From NCBI GenBank assembly GCA_023205875.1, contig CP060761.1:744001-808000 (forward strand): DNA of 64,000 nucleotides, written 5' to 3'. Under the pieces are notes generated by a model. The model saw nothing but the letters and a program-made list of their open reading frames with translations, did not search any database and was not told where the DNA came from. This document shows positions 1-15,300 of this stretch, in pieces. Numbering within the stretch: the first letter of the stretch is position 1; each line of letters starts with the position of its first letter. Made by a program: the position numbers and the translations under genes. The stretch is from Chloropicon primus. Its lineage: Eukaryota.

Positions 1-3000
1 CAAACTGCTACCTGCTGTGGCCCACATCTCGCCACCAAGGGCATGAACCACTTGACAAGCAGCCAGGCCTATGCCTCCCGCGGCGGAATGCACCAGTACA
101 GCCTGACCTGCATTGCTTGGCAGAGATGCTGCATGGCACATGGCAACATCTACGGTCGTAAATACTGTAATCATGGTGCATGCCTCCACAAAAGTAGCGG
201 CCTTGGGAATGGGCACAACTACTTGATGATGTGTGTAGGTATGTGATCCCAGACAACCAGAAGCCAAACCTGCAACAGCAGAGCCAACTGTCAATGGTTG
301 TGGTTGCAAAGATTTTCCTCCTAGGTGAACTTGAACAACAATACCAGAGACGTCACTTCCTGGAGGACCAGGATCTCCTGGATAAGCTCCAAGAACATTC
401 AAGACATCCCTGAAATTCAGTCCGACTGAAATAACCTCTACAAGTAGAATACCCAATGGAGGACTTTCAAGCTTCACTTGGTCTGTGACCAGATTACTCA
501 AGGCACCCCGGGGGCGGGGCACTATTTGCACAAGGCCTGATGGTGGTACATATGATTCGTTTAACAAACGGGCAACATTGACAAATTGACTTCTGACAAC
601 AATTTCATGGCCTTCATTTTCATTCCACCATGTTGATAGGCTTTCGTCAGATTCTCCTTTGCCAAGATCTACACAAGGCCAAGAAACATTTCTCTGCTCT
701 GATCTTACTGATCGTAACAGTCCTCTTAGACTTGCAGATAGAGCACAACCCTTGTACACGTTTGCGCATCCCATGCCCATCTGAGATTCCAGCACAGATC
801 CAAATGTCTTCAAAAGCATTTCCTTACCACTGCCCTTCAAAAGAGGAACAGACTGGGCTATGGACAAAAAGGCACCCACAGCATTCAAATAGGTGTGCTC
901 GTGACTCTCGCCTCCTTCAACGCATATTGAAGCATTGGACAAATGAACACGGAATAAATGTGATTTGGATATGAGCGTTGTTGCCGGGACAGCTTGAGGC
1001 TTCACCATGGAGCTCTGCCAGCTCATCACATAGATGTTACCCATGGCCTTGCCAACAACTGGTGATGTTCTCATAGATGGTTTGATAGACTTGGTTTGCA
1101 AATCCTGAAGTTTGCTCGCAATAGAACCATCCACATCAAGTATATAGTGAGAGCTCAAGGTTGTGTTACTCTGATCAGGTGAGGCGGCCTTACCACGCAC
1201 AGCAACTCCAAATATGTTCTGGCCAGACAAATCAGATGCAATGGAATACACAGAGAAACCCGCAGGAACCTTGGCATCCTTTGAGGACTCACTACTCGAT
1301 TCATCGTCCCGTAAGCCCACTCCGAGATGCATGCATCCATCCAACACAGCAGGGGGCACGGACATGCCAGATTCGTCTGTACCGCTTGTACCAGACAAGC
1401 AACCAAACACATGCTTCCCATTAGAAGCAACGTTGAGTCTCGACACGACTTGGAAGTGTGGACCATATTGCAGACCAACAGAGTACAAAGATGCATACAT
1501 TGCTGTACTATCCACAGATTGGCTGCACTGTCCACGCACAATCTCTGGCGATGCAGACACAGATTTATCATACGCAGAACCAACTGAAGATGATACATGC
1601 ACATGCTCATCCAGCTTCAACCCAATACATGCACGGAGGTGCAATCCAGAACCCCCTTGCAAGGAATTGCTTGATCTGATCTCTATGTCACCTTGCTCCA
1701 TATCAACAAGAACGGATAACTCACAATCTTCCACCAGACCATTCTGGGTCTCGTGTGGCTTTGCCAGAGTCAAGGGCATTGGAATACTTGCATGAAGAAC
1801 AAGAGACTTGAGTTGAGTGCCCATAGTCCCATTGCATATCTCAGACACACATCCACCCATTTCCATGTAGGCAGCACCTGGGCATACAATACGCCCCATG
1901 ACTTGATGGTCGCATATCCATTCAAGAATAGGTCGTTGAAGCTTGGACGACAAGGCAATGATATCAGATCCTGTGTTCTTTCTCACCTCAACAGCTGACA
2001 TCAGTGGGTGAGTCAATGGAAGAATCCAGTACCTGTTGGATTCCCAAGCCACAGACTGGAAAGAGAGAGAGCAATTAATGTTGTTGCAGCCAATGGGCAA
2101 TGACATCAGAACGTGAGCGTTGGTTCCTTGGAATGCAAAGGAACTTATACCAGTTGGGCACCCGCTTTGAGAGAGCGGAGATGATCTGCTTGTAGACTGC
2201 CTTGGCAGAGCATAGCACGGTCTGGATGCCTTGGCATCGTTTGTGTTTGCACTCATCATCTTCTCCAAGTGAACGTTGATGCTTCTCAAATGCAATATGG
2301 AATGGGAAACGTGTTGTTCAATTGTACTCAATGTCACGATGAGACTTGCAATACCAGCAGCAGATTCTGTATGCCCCACAGATGTCTTGCAGGCCATAAG
2401 TAAAGCAGGGGTTCCATTCTCTGAACGCCCAGAATCACTGATATCTTTCCTTCTCAAGGAAAGAACTCTATCCAAAGCACCAATCTCAATGGGATCACCG
2501 AGTGGAGTTCCAGTACCATGCAATTGGAAGCCTTCAAGATTGCCGAGATCAAGTGCAGCGTTATTAACAGCGCTTGTGATCACCTTTTGTTGTGCTGGAC
2601 CATTAGGTGCAGTCAATGCAGACGATCTACCGTCTTGATTCACAGCAGATCCTTTGAGCTCTACAAAAGCTACGCCTTCGTCCTTGCCGAATCTCTTAAT
2701 GCAAAGTGCACCACATGCTTCACCCCGGACATAGCCATCAGCTGAAGCATCCAAGGTCTTGCATCGTCCATCAAGAGCGAGCATTCCAGCTTGCTTAAGT
2801 ACTTGGCCCGTATCAGGTGCTAGTGTCAAGTTCACACCTATGGACAAAGCCGCATGACATTCTGTTGCAAACAAGCTCTGCATTGCAAGATGTGTTCCTA
2901 CAAGAGATGATGAGCAAGCAGTGTCTACAGAAAGAGATGGGCCTGTCAGACCATAAAAGAAAGACGCTCGCCCTGCTGCTACGCTTGCTGCATTAGCAGT

Positions 3001-3375
3001 AGCTGTATAGGGATTTGGATCCACAGGCACAAAGTACATCAGCTTGCTATAATCGAATGCAGATATGCCAACAAAAATACCGATTTCCTGCGACAACCCC
3101 ACTCCATCTTGAACTTCTGTGTACAACTGCAAAATGAATCTCTGCTGTGGATCCATCACAAGAGACTCGCTGGATGAAAGCTTGAAGGCATGTGCATCAA
3201 AGTTCTCTACTTGTGGGATGAAGCTGCCAAAGTATGATCCAGCTGAACCAGCCATCCACCCAGATGATTCACAGTCACCTCGGGAATATGGTTCCACAGT
3301 ATCAATTCCACAAGTGGATGCAAGTGAATCCATACCAAGGGAACAATGGCTTCCAATGGATGTAATGGCAATCGT
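1..3375 (-). other. Module 14 (partial): KS-DH-ER...
   Basis: DTACSSS (about 2915), HGTGT, intact DH, ER nearly identical to M12 ER; cut by the window edge. Confidence 0.88.
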
Positions 3376-6300
3376 AATACCATCCTTGAGTCCTCGTGCA
3401 TCTGGCACGGCAGATTCAGGCTTTGAGGAAAGTACATCGCCACCTTGGGCATCCTCCGGAGCAAGGATGTCACTCAAATGATTGCCAATCATGGATATGG
3501 AAGGATAATCAAATATCAAGGTAGCAGGCAAATCGATTCCAAACCTCTGTTGTAAAGCATTGTTGAACTCCACTGTTCCAAGAGAGTCAAGTCCTGCTTC
3601 CATCAAAGGCTCTTCTGCTGATATCTCTCGGCCCACGACACTAGCTGCAAGAGCTCCTACAGATGATATGATGGCTTCCTTCTGGAACCTCACTTTACCA
3701 GAACGCTGTACAGGTACTTGCGAGGAACTGCTTTCGATGGATACAGAAGTAGCCTTCCTGAAATTGTCAAAGACTTTGCTTTCTCCGACACCAGCAAGGA
3801 ACTTGTCCCATACAAATGGAACTGCACTTACAACTGCATTCGATACACAAGGACTTCCAAAACGATGACTGGAGTTCTCATACAATACGCTTTTGAGCAC
3901 AGATAGACCTTCTTCTCCTGACAAAGCTGGCATGCCAACACGTTCCAATCGGGCAGTTGTGGATGGGTCCCGTAAAGCCATTCCTCCACCAGACCATCCT
4001 CCCCACTGAATGCTGGTGGCACAGCCTCCCTGAGACTCCATGGCGCTGGACCACGTGTCCAAGTAGGCATTGGCTGCACTGTAGTTGGATTGACCCGCTG
4101 AGCCTAGCAACGACGCTACAGAAGAGAACAACAGTTGAGAGGAAACACTGTGACCCCAAGAGCGCGCATGCAAATGATGCAAGGCATCCACCTTGGGTGC
4201 AAATACAGTGCGTACACTCTGCATGCTCTGAGATCCCAAAAGCATATCAGACAGCAAGCCTCCAGCATGCATCACTTGAGCCAAAGGCATGTCAAGGCCT
4301 GGCCACGACAAAGCACTGCTGCACTCCTCCTGGGAGCCTGCATCGCATCTAATAGCACAGAATACTGCACTGCTTGATGGATCTTGCAAACTCAACAAGG
4401 CAGACTTGGATTTGTCCATGTCAACAGGCAACCTGTAATGACCAGAACGTCCGGCAAGCCTGAGATCAGGGGTCATGTGTTGGGCAGCCCACTGACCCAC
4501 GAGTGATCCAAGGGCACCCAAACCACCTGTCACAAAAGAGCAACCAAAAGTGCCCATGACGAAGTCACTCAGGAAGCCTTGATCAGGATACACATATGCA
4601 CCTTGCAAAATGCGGGCAACATTGACAAATTGACTTCTGACAACAATTTCATGGCCTTCATTTTCATTCCACCATGTTGATAGGCTTTCGTCAGATTCTC
4701 CTTTGCCAAGATCTACACAAGGCCAAGAAACATTTCTCTGCTCTGATCTTACTGATCGTAACAGTCCTCTTAGACTTGCAGATAGAGCACAACCCTTGTA
4801 CACGTTTGCGCATCCCATGCCCATCTGAGATTCCAGCACAGATCCAAATGTCTTCAAAAGCATTTCCTTACCACTGCCCTTCAAAAGAGGAACAGACTGG
4901 GCTATGGACAAAAAGGCACCCACAGCATTCAAATAAGTGTGCTCGTGACTCTCGCCTCCTTCAACGCATATTGAAGCATTGGACAAATGAACACGGAATA
5001 AATGTGATTTGGATATGAGCGTTGTTGCCGGGACAGCTTGAGGCTTCACCATGGAGCTCTGCCAGCTCATCACATAGATGTTACCCATGGCCTTGCCAAC
5101 AACTGGTGATGTTCTCATAGATGGTTTGATAGACTTGGTTTGCAAATCCTGAAGTTTGCTCGCAATAGAACCATCCACATCAAGTATATAGTGAGAGCTC
5201 AAGGTTGTGTTACTCTGATCAGGTGAGGCGGCCTTACCACGCACAGCAACTCCAAATATGTTCTGGCCAGACAAATCAGATGCAATGGAATACACAGAGA
5301 AACCCGCAGGAACCTTGGCATCCTTTGAGGACTCACTACTCGATTCATCGTCCCGTAAGCCCACTCCGAGATGCATGCATCCATCCAACACAGCAGGGGG
5401 CACGGACATGCCAGATTCGTCTGTACCGCTTGTACCAGACAAGCAACCAAACACATGCTTCCCATTAGAAGCAACGTTGAGTCTCGACACGACTTGGAAG
5501 TGTGGACCATATTGCAGACCAACAGAGTACAAAGATGCATACATTGCTGTACTATCCACAGATTGGCTGCACTGCCCACGCACAATCTCTGGCGATGCAG
5601 ACACAGATTTATCATACGCAGAACCAACTGAAGATGATACATGCACATGCTCATCCAGCTTCAACCCAATACATGCACGGAGGTGCAATCCAGAACCCCC
5701 TTGCAAGGAATTGCTTGATCTGATCTCTATGTCACCTTGCTCCATATCAACAAGAACGGATAACTCACAATCTTCCACCAGACCATTCTGGGTCTCGTGT
5801 GGCTTTGCCAGAGTCAAGGGCATTGGAATACTTGCATGAAGAACAAGAGACTTGAGTTGAGTGCCCATAGTCCCATTGCATATCTCAGACACACATCCAC
5901 CCATTTCCATGTAGGCAGCACCTGGGCATACAATACGCCCCATGACTTGATGGTCGCATATCCATTCAAGAATAGGTCGTTGAAGCTTGGACGACAAGGC
6001 AATGATATCAGATCCTGTGTTCTTTCTCACCTCAACAGCTGACATCAGTGGGTGAGTCAATGGAAGAATCCAGTACCTGTTGGATTCCCAAGCCACAGAC
6101 TGGAAAGAGAGAGAGCAATTAATGTTGTTGCAGCCAATGGGCAATGACATCAGAACGTGAGCGTTGGTTCCTTGGAATGCAAAGGAACTTATACCAGTTG
6201 GGCACCCGCTTTGAGAGAGCGGAGATGATCTGCTTGTAGACTGCCTTGGCAGAGCATAGCACGGTCTGGATGCCTTGGCATCGTTTGTGTTTGCACTCAT

Positions 6301-9300
6301 CATCTTCTCCAAGTGAACGTTGATGCTTCTCAAATGCAATATGGAATGGGAAACGTGTTGTTCAATTGTACTCAATGTCACGATGAGACTTGCAATACCA
6401 GCAGCAGATTCTGTATGCCCCACAGATGTCTTGCAGGCCATAAGTAAAGCAGGGGTTCCATTCTCTGAACGCCCAGAATCACTGATATCTTTCCTTCTCA
6501 AGGAAAGAACTCTATCCAAAGCACCAATCTCAATGGGATCACCGAGTGGAGTTCCAGTACCATGCAATTGGAAGCCTTCAAGATTGCCGAGATCAAGTGC
6601 AGCGTTATTAACAGCGCTTGTGATCACCTTTTGTTGTGCTGGACCATTAGGTGCAGTCAATGCAGACGATCTACCGTCTTGATTCACAGCAGATCCTTTG
6701 AGCTCTACAAAAGCTACGCCTTCGTCCTTGCCGAATCTCTTAATGCAAAGTGCACCACATGCTTCACCCCGGACATAGCCATCAGCTGAAGCATCCAAGG
6801 TCTTGCATCGTCCATCAAGAGCGAGCATTCCAGCTTGCTTAAATATTTGGCCCGTGTCAGGTGCTAGTGTCAAGTTCACACCTATGGACAAAGCCGCATG
6901 ACATTCTGTTGCAAACAAGCTCTGCATTGCAAGATGTGTTCCTACAAGAGATGATGAGCAAGCAGTGTCTACAGAAAGAGATGGGCCTGTCAGACCATAC
7001 ATGTACGAGATACGCCCTGCTGCTACACTTGGCGAGTTCGCTGTTCCCAGTTTAGGATTGACTTCTCGTCTACCGGAATAGGAGAAGATCCTGATATAGT
7101 CTTGGTTTGAGAGTCCTACGTATACACTGGTTTCCTCAGAAGTATGTGCAATAAGTGGATATGTGCTTGCCAAGATTAGTCTCTGTTGAGGGTCCATAAC
7201 AGTTGCCTCTGAAGCATTGATACTGAAAACACCAGTATCAAAATGAGCTACATCGCGTAGAAGAGCACAAAAGTAAGATCCGGTCTCATTTGGTACCCAT
7301 CCAAGATTTTCCATATCGTTTCTGAAATAACGTGAGACTCTATCAATGCATACCGCACCTTCATTTCTGTATGGACCTCCGGTCTTCAAACCATAATGAA
7401 CTATCTTAAGGTTATTCGTTGGTGCATTCACCTCATCATCCACGTCGAAACCCAAAGGAACATTATGCTCTTCAAACATCGCATCGTGGATGTATCTGGA
7501 TATTGCACCCACACTGGGGAAGTCGAATACAATTGTTGCCGGAATCGAGATGTCATATTTCTGTTGCAAGCTATTTTGAAATTCTATTGCTGTCAAAGAA
7601 TCTAATCCGGCATCAAAAAGGGGGTCATCGACACCAATATCACCAATAATTGGACTCACCAACAACATGACATCCTCAATCACCTTCCCAACATCAACAA
7701 TTCTTCTCGCAGTAACTTCAGTTTGTGGCCTCTGCCGAGTAACAGACTGTGTCACACTACGCATATGCCAACTTTCAAAGATGTTCAATTTCAAAGTCAT
7801 CCTTGACAAAAACTTCTTCCAATCAAACATCACACCTGTTACCGTGCTAAATCTCTTGCACAGACCAAACAAACTATATTTTGTAATACTTGCAAGAAGG
7901 CAAAGGCCATCTTCTCCTGACAAAGCTGGCATGCCAACACGTTCCAATCGGGCAGTTGTGGATGGGTCCCGTAAAGCCATTCCTCCACCAGACCATCCTC
8001 CCCACTGAATGCTGGTGGCACAGCCTCCCTGAGACTCCATGGCGCTGGACCACGTGTCCAAGTAGGCATTGGCTGCACTGTAGTTGGATTGACCCGCTGA
8101 GCCTAGCAACGACGCTACAGAAGAGAACAACAGTTGAGAGGAAACACTGTGACCCCAAGAGCGCGCATGCAAATGATGCAAGGCATCCACCTTGGGTGCA
8201 AATACAGTGCGTACACTCTGCATGCTCTGAGATCCCAAAAGCATATCAGACAGCAAGCCTCCAGCATGCATCACTTGAGCCAAAGGCATGTCAAGGCCTG
8301 GCCACGACAAAGCACTGCTGCACTCCTCCTGGGAGCCTGCATCGCATCTAATAGCACAGAATACTGCACTGCTTGATGGATCTTGCAAACTCAACAAGGC
8401 AGACTTGGATTTGTCCATGTCAACAGGCAACCTGTAATGACCAGAACGTCCGGCAAGCCTGAGATCAGGGGTCATGTGTTGGGCAGCCCACTGACCCACG
8501 AGGGATCCAAGGGCACCCAAACCACCTGTCACAAAAGAGCAACCAGACTCCTGCATACTCAACAGACTTGTGGTGCCAAGACCCTGGCTCACAACAACCT
8601 TGCCAACATGCTTAGCACCAGCCAGCCAACGGAGGGCAGCTTGAACGCCGTTCAGTGTATGAGAAGTACTTCTCAGCCCTGACACGGCACCCTCTGCAAT
8701 ACCACCAGCAAGACGGCACAATGCTTGGTGTGTCCTGGCAGGAGGCAAGAAGTCCACCGCCAAAAGACTGTAAACCACATCAGGACGCTCCCGGTGTACA
8801 CCAGATGCACTCCAAATGTCGCGCTTACCAATCTCCACCAACTGACCACCAAGGTGCAAGCAAGATAAACTTGCTCCGACCATACCTGATGATGTCAGCG
8901 AGTTGAGAATCAAGCCCATGCCTTCCACCTGTCCATTGTAAGCCGTTTGTCCCAAATCAGCATACCTGGTCGATCGCGAACTCACAACATGTTGTACGCC
9001 CATAGATCTCAGCAAGTGCCTCTTCAAACTGCTACCTGCTGTGGCCCACATCTCGCCACCAAGGGCATGAACCACTTGACAAGCAGCCAGGCCTATGCCT
9101 CCCGCGGCGGAATGCACCAGTACAGCCTGACCTGCATTGCTTGGGAGAGATGCTGCATGGCACATGGCAACATCTACGGTCGTAAATACTGTAATCATGG
9201 TGCATGCCTCCACAAAAGTAGCGGCCTTGGGAATGGGCACAACTACTTGATGATGTGTGTAGGTATGTGATCCCAGACAACCAGAAGCCAAACCTGCAAC

Positions 9301-12300
9301 AGCAGAGCCAACTGTCAATGGTTGTGGTTGCAAAGATTTTCCTCCTAGGTGAACTTGAACAACAATACCAGAGACGTCACTTCCTGGAGGACCAGGATCT
9401 CCTGGATAAGCTCCAAGAACATTCAAGACATCCCTGAAATTCAGTCCGACTGAAATAACCTCTACAAGTAGAATACCCAATGGAGGACTTTCAAGCTTCA
9501 CTTGGTCTGTGACCAGATTACTCAAGGCACCCCGGGGGCGGGGCACTATTTGCACAAGGCCTGATGGTGGTACATATGATTCGTTTAACAAACGGGCAAC
9601 ATTGACAAATTGACTTCTGACAACAATTTCATGGCCTTCATTTTCATTCCACCATGTTGATAGGCTTTCGTCAGATTCTCCTTTGCCAAGATCTACACAA
9701 GGCCAAGAAACATTTCTCTGCTCTGATCTTACTGATCGTAACAGTCCTCTTAGACTTGCAGATAGAGCACAACCCTTGTACACGTTTGCGCATCCCATGC
9801 CCATCTGAGATTCCAGCACAGATCCAAATGTCTTCAAAAGCATTTCCTTACCACTGCCCTTCAAAAGAGGAACAGACTGGGCTATGGACAAAAAGGCACC
9901 CACAGCATTCAAATAAGTGTGCTCGTGACTCTCGCCTCCTTCAACGCATATTGAAGCATTGGACAAATGAACACGGAATAAATGTGATTTGGATATGAGC
10001 GTTGTTGCCGGGACAGCTTGAGGCTTCACCATGGAGCTCTGCCAGCTCATCACATAGATGTTACCCATGGCCTTGCCAACAACTGGTGATGTTCTCATAG
10101 ATGGTTTGATAGACTTGGTTTGCAAATCCTGAAGTTTGCTCGCAATAGAACCATCCACATCAAGTATATAGTGAGAGCTCAAGGTTGTGTTACTCTGATC
10201 AGGTGAGGCGGCCTTACCACGCACAGCAACTCCAAATATGTTCTGGCCAGACAAATCAGATGCAATGGAATACACAGAGAAACCCGCAGGAACCTTGGCA
10301 TCCTTTGAGGACTCACTACTCGATTCGTCCCGTAAGCCCACTCCGAGATGCATGCATCCATCCAACACAGCAGGGGGCACGGACATGCCAGATTCGTCTG
10401 TACCGCTTGTACCAGACAAGCAACCAAACACATGCTTCCCATTAGAAGCAACGTTGAGTCTCGACACGACTTGGAAGTGTGGACCATATTGCAGACCAAC
10501 AGAGTACAAAGATGCATACATTGCTGTACTATCCACAGATTGGCTGCACTGCCCACGCACAATCTCTGGCGATGCAGACACAGATTTATCATACGCAGAA
10601 CCAACTGAAGATGATACATGCACATGCTCATCCAGCTTCAACCCAATACATGCACGGAGGTGCAATCCAGAACCCCCTTGCAAGGAATTGCTTGATCTGA
10701 TCTCTATGTCACCTTGCTCCATATCAACAAGAACGGATAACTCACAATCTTCCACCAGACCATTCTGGGTCTCGTGTGGCTTTGCCAGAGTCAAGGGCAT
10801 TGGAATACTTGCATGAAGAACAAGAGACTTGAGTTGAGTGCCCATAGTCCCATTGCATATCTCAGACACACATCCACCCATTTCCATGTAGGCAGCACCT
10901 GGGCATACAATACGTCCCATGACTTGATGGTCAGAAATGGAACGGAAAGAGGTCACTGACCATTTGTGATATAGTACAATATTCGCGCCTTTCACTACAC
11001 CATTGCTAAACAATAGGTGTGGTTTCGGACACATCCAACATCTCACAACCTTTGATAGCCTCTGTCCACATAGACGAGATTCGAAGTTAAAGTAGGATCT
11101 CGCAAACAATACATGTGCATTTGTTCCTTGGAAGGCAAAGCCACTTGCTCCATACACACTCTGGACACCTGACTCCGAATCGGAACACTCAGCAGAGGAA
11201 TAGCGTGGCAGTTGCACTGATTTGCCTCCCTTTTGTGCTTGAGCCTCCAAAACATTGACCACAAGAGGATTCACGTCCCGCAGATGCAGGAGTGGGCTCT
11301 GTGTGCCCATCACAAGGGGACCAAACAATTGTAGAATCCCAGACAGACCAGCAGCGGCCTCGGAGTGACCAACACAAGACTTCACAGCAGAAAGGGCAAG
11401 TGGAGTTTGTGACTTGGTGCCTCCAAGCAACACTGCGCTCAGGGCACCCACTTCAACTGGGTCGCCCAAAGACGTGCCTGTTCCATGCATTTGCAAGCCA
11501 AATACATCTTCGGGAGATAAGTGTGCACTCTGCAGGGCTCTTTGCAGAACCATCTGCTGCGATGGACCGTTTGGAGCTGTCAAGGAACTGGATCTGCCAT
11601 CTTGATTCACAGCACTGCCCATCATGGACACGCAATGTGCATCTGCCATGGCTTCAGAAGTTCCATCGACAATAACACTCTGGCAAGCTTCTGCACGGAC
11701 ATAGCCATCTGCACTTTGATCCAATGTCTTACACCTACCATCAGCAGAAAGCATACTCGCAATGCTTACGACGACAAGAGACGTGCTGGCAAGCATCAAA
11801 TTCACACCACATGCCATACTGATTGGAGCTGACATGGTCATCGCTGATTGCCAGGCCATAAACAAGCCTACAAGAGATGATGAGCATGCTGTATCTATGC
11901 TCACACACGGACCTTGCAGTCCATACTTGTAAGACAAACGACCAGCTGCTACACTGAAAGCACTACCTGTTGCCATCAATGGACTGAGCGGCATGTTGTG
12001 GTCCTTCATCAGACCATTGTATTCCATGTGCTCAATACCAACATAGACACCCATCTTCTCTCGACGACGCTGGATGTTGCTTGAGTCCTGAGCATCATTC
12101 AGTACGCAACTTTGCATAGACTCCCAACTCACTTGCAGAAGCAATCTCTGCTGAGGATCACACAGCGAAGCTTCGGTCACTGACATTCCAAAACAAGCAG
12201 TGTCGAACGTGGAAACGTCCTTCAAAAGACCTGCAAATCGTGCTGTTAGCTGACCACTTGGCATCATTGCTTCACTTCGCTCAAGATCCCAACGTCCAAA

Positions 12301-15300
12301 TGGAACAGACGTTATGGCATCACCTATACCGGCACCAGGCTTCATCGTCGTTGCAACAGGAAGGAGTGCACTGAAACTATTTAGAGCGACACACCTTGTG
12401 ACTCCCATCTCTGCACTTGGAAGAACCTCGTGTAGTTCCTGCACACTCTTGCCTTCTTGGAGGCCCAACTCACCACAAATGAAAGTGGTCAAAGCATTGA
12501 TGCTGGGATAGTCCAGGATCACAGTGCTTGGCAGTTGGACTCCAACAGAAGACGAAATAGTGTTGCGCAACTCCACAACACCAAGGGAATCAAGGCCAGC
12601 CTCCATCAATGGCACATCGTCCCCAAAGTCAAGTCCTGAAATATTTGTCAGTGCTCTTGAAATGGATTCTTGGATATTCTTTCTCTCAACAGCGGAGGAA
12701 TGGACGTTAGGGGCAGCAACTGGAACAACTGGAACAACAGCTTCAGGGGTCACCGACACTTGGCCAAGCACATAGGGTTTGCCCTGAACAAGGGACGAAA
12801 ACAAATTCCAGTAGTTGGGACTTGTGTAAATCAAGTTGCAGGTATACCTGGGAGCACCAACGACCGTTGAAAGAACATTCAGACCTGATGTCGGCAATAT
12901 GATTCCAAAATCTTTGGATAGACGAGCAAGTCTCTCTTTTGATACTTTCTCTCCCTGTGTAACCATACCAATAGACCCCCAAACGCCCCATTGGAAGTTC
13001 ATGCTTGGGAGGCCGCACAATTGAGTAGATTTGCACACAAAATCAAGAGCCGCATTGGATGCGGAATAGGATGTGTACTTTGGATTTCCAAGGGCAGATG
13101 CAAGTGAAGAGAAGTGCACAGTCGCACCTAGTGCAGCTGACCAAGATCCTGCTTGAATCCATTGAGCTCCTCTCAGCTTGGGTGACAAGGATCCACGCAT
13201 GTGAGATGGAGACTGGTTGCCCAAAATAGCATCAATCAGCACACCAGCAGCATGGACCACCATGCCCAGCGGATAGAGGTCATCGCATCTCTCCATCATC
13301 CACCAAGATGCTTCTTCCCGCACCGAGACATCACATCTTGCCATGGACACACTCATATCTCCAGCACGGAGTTCTTCTGGGCATGTCCTTGACTTTCCTG
13401 TGCGTCCAAGCAATCCTAGGGAAGAACCTAAGGACGATCTCACACACCAGCCACCAACCATTTGACCAATGCCGCTCAAGCCACCAGTCACGACATGGCG
13501 CCTTCCCTTCCCAAGATGGTGGGAACCATTCATGACAGCGTGTGTCTGCGTAGTATCTCTCTGCAAGGTCAATTGAGGCAGGTACAAACTGCCGTTGTCC
13601 ATGCTGCAGCCAAACACATCCACGGTTACATCCATGGCATAGCTCTTTGAGCTGAACTGCAAACCACGGGCGGAAGCGCTTGGGTGTAAAGGACTCGTGT
13701 CAACGCCACCACACTGGACGCTGGTGCACTCAAGAGCTATGCTACGCAACATGGCCCAAGACATGTATCCACTGGCTCCGTGATCCTTGTGAAGTCCCGC
13801 CGGACTTGCAGATGTGTCCAAGGAACCGGAACTGTGCATCCAAAGTGCGTCCGTGCCCTTCTCAACGAGATCCTGCATACCTGCAAGGATATGATGCGGG
13901 CAGATTGCACTCTCTTCCACATGAAGCTGTGTTGCAGGTTCTGAAGCCGTCAAAACATCCGAGGATACAACAGGTGTTTGAGCATACCAACAGATGTTGT
14001 ACAATTTGCAGGCATCCAAGATGTCGCGAGAAGACGAGACTCCACCGACCGTAGGGATGGAAATATCTTCTTTGCTGCTGATCACACGGAAGCTCAACTT
14101 GTCCACAAGGCATGGGGATGCGTCAATCTGAGAGGACTGAGTTACTCTTCCTACTTCAGTTGCACTACCCACCGCATGCAGACTCACTCCAAGGCTTGAA
14201 GTGCTCAGAATGCACGCCTCAACAGATGCTGGAATGCGAGCTTGCAATTCAAAGCCATCACTGGAGGATGAGGTCACACTGTCCATCAAGTGCAAAGATG
14301 ACTCCAAAGAACCTACACCTTGCAAAGCGTGTTCATCTTCAAAGCTCGGCTGGCATGGAACAAGCTTACCTTGTCCTGCACTGCCTGACTGACCCAGGTA
14401 AAGACGCGCACCGTCCAACACTTCATGGTGTTCTGTGGAGGTGCTGCTATCGACCGTGTCAAGATTGTGTGCGCTGCAAGTCATGTGTGGACTGTTGGTT
14501 CCCTCATCTTTTGACCTTACCAGAACATTGCCAGACGACAAGGCCACCTCACACTGAACCACGCCAGAAGAGACTGCTTCACCTGACAAGGCCAGCGTTG
14601 ATGTAAACAACACACGCACAAGCCAGGGCCTGCTGTCGCTGTTGGCATGCAACATTTCCATGGTCTTTGCAGCCATGGCCACAAAAGCAGAAGCGCAAAG
14701 CACTTGTCGGCCACAAACATCATACTCGTTCAAGGAAGCCAACAGAGGGTGGCCAATCAAGCAAGTCTCCACCGTCGCTGTATTGGTGGATCTTGACGAA
14801 AGAACGAACTGTTCTACCAATAAGGAGCGTTGGTGGGATACAATCCAGCAACGCACGCCCTTCCAAGTAGAGCTCATGCTCCTACGGTCCTTGTGACTCG
14901 CGTTCAACAAAGAACCGTTTGATGGAGTCAACAAGGCATGTGCATTTGTTCCTTGGAAGGCAAAGCCACTTGCTCCATACACACTCTGGACACCTGACTC
15001 CGAATCGGAACACTCAGCAGAGGAATAGCGTGGCAGTTGCACTGATTTGCCTCCCTTTTGTGCTTGAGCCTCCAAAACATTGACCACAAGAGGATTCACG
15101 TCCCGCAGATGCAGGAGTGGGCTCTGTGTGCCCATCACAAGGGGACCAAACAATTGTAGAATCCCAGACAGACCAGCAGCGGCCTCGGAGTGACCAACAC
15201 AAGACTTCACAGCAGAAAGGGCAAGTGGAGTTTGTGACTTGGTGCCTCCAAGCAACACTGCGCTCAGGGCACCCACTTCAACTGGGTCGCCCAAAGACGT

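Larger units (their letters stand above)
1..10932. repeat. Dispersed domain-level repeats: 1-1911 ~ 9025-10932; 570-2955 ~ 4614-6999; 3910-4545 ~ 7909-8544
   Basis: Near-identical blocks at offsets 9024/9021 (3-bp in-frame deletion at about 10325), 4044 and 3999. Confidence 0.93.

Noticed and set aside
9600..10200. Methyltransferase between DH and ER/KR
   Set aside because: No SAM-binding LExGxGxG motif noticed; position and length fit the KR structural subdomain.
11340..11390. GHSEAAAG as an acyltransferase or thioesterase GHSxG motif
   Set aside because: It is the KS second-His motif (KSCVGHSE), in KS context.
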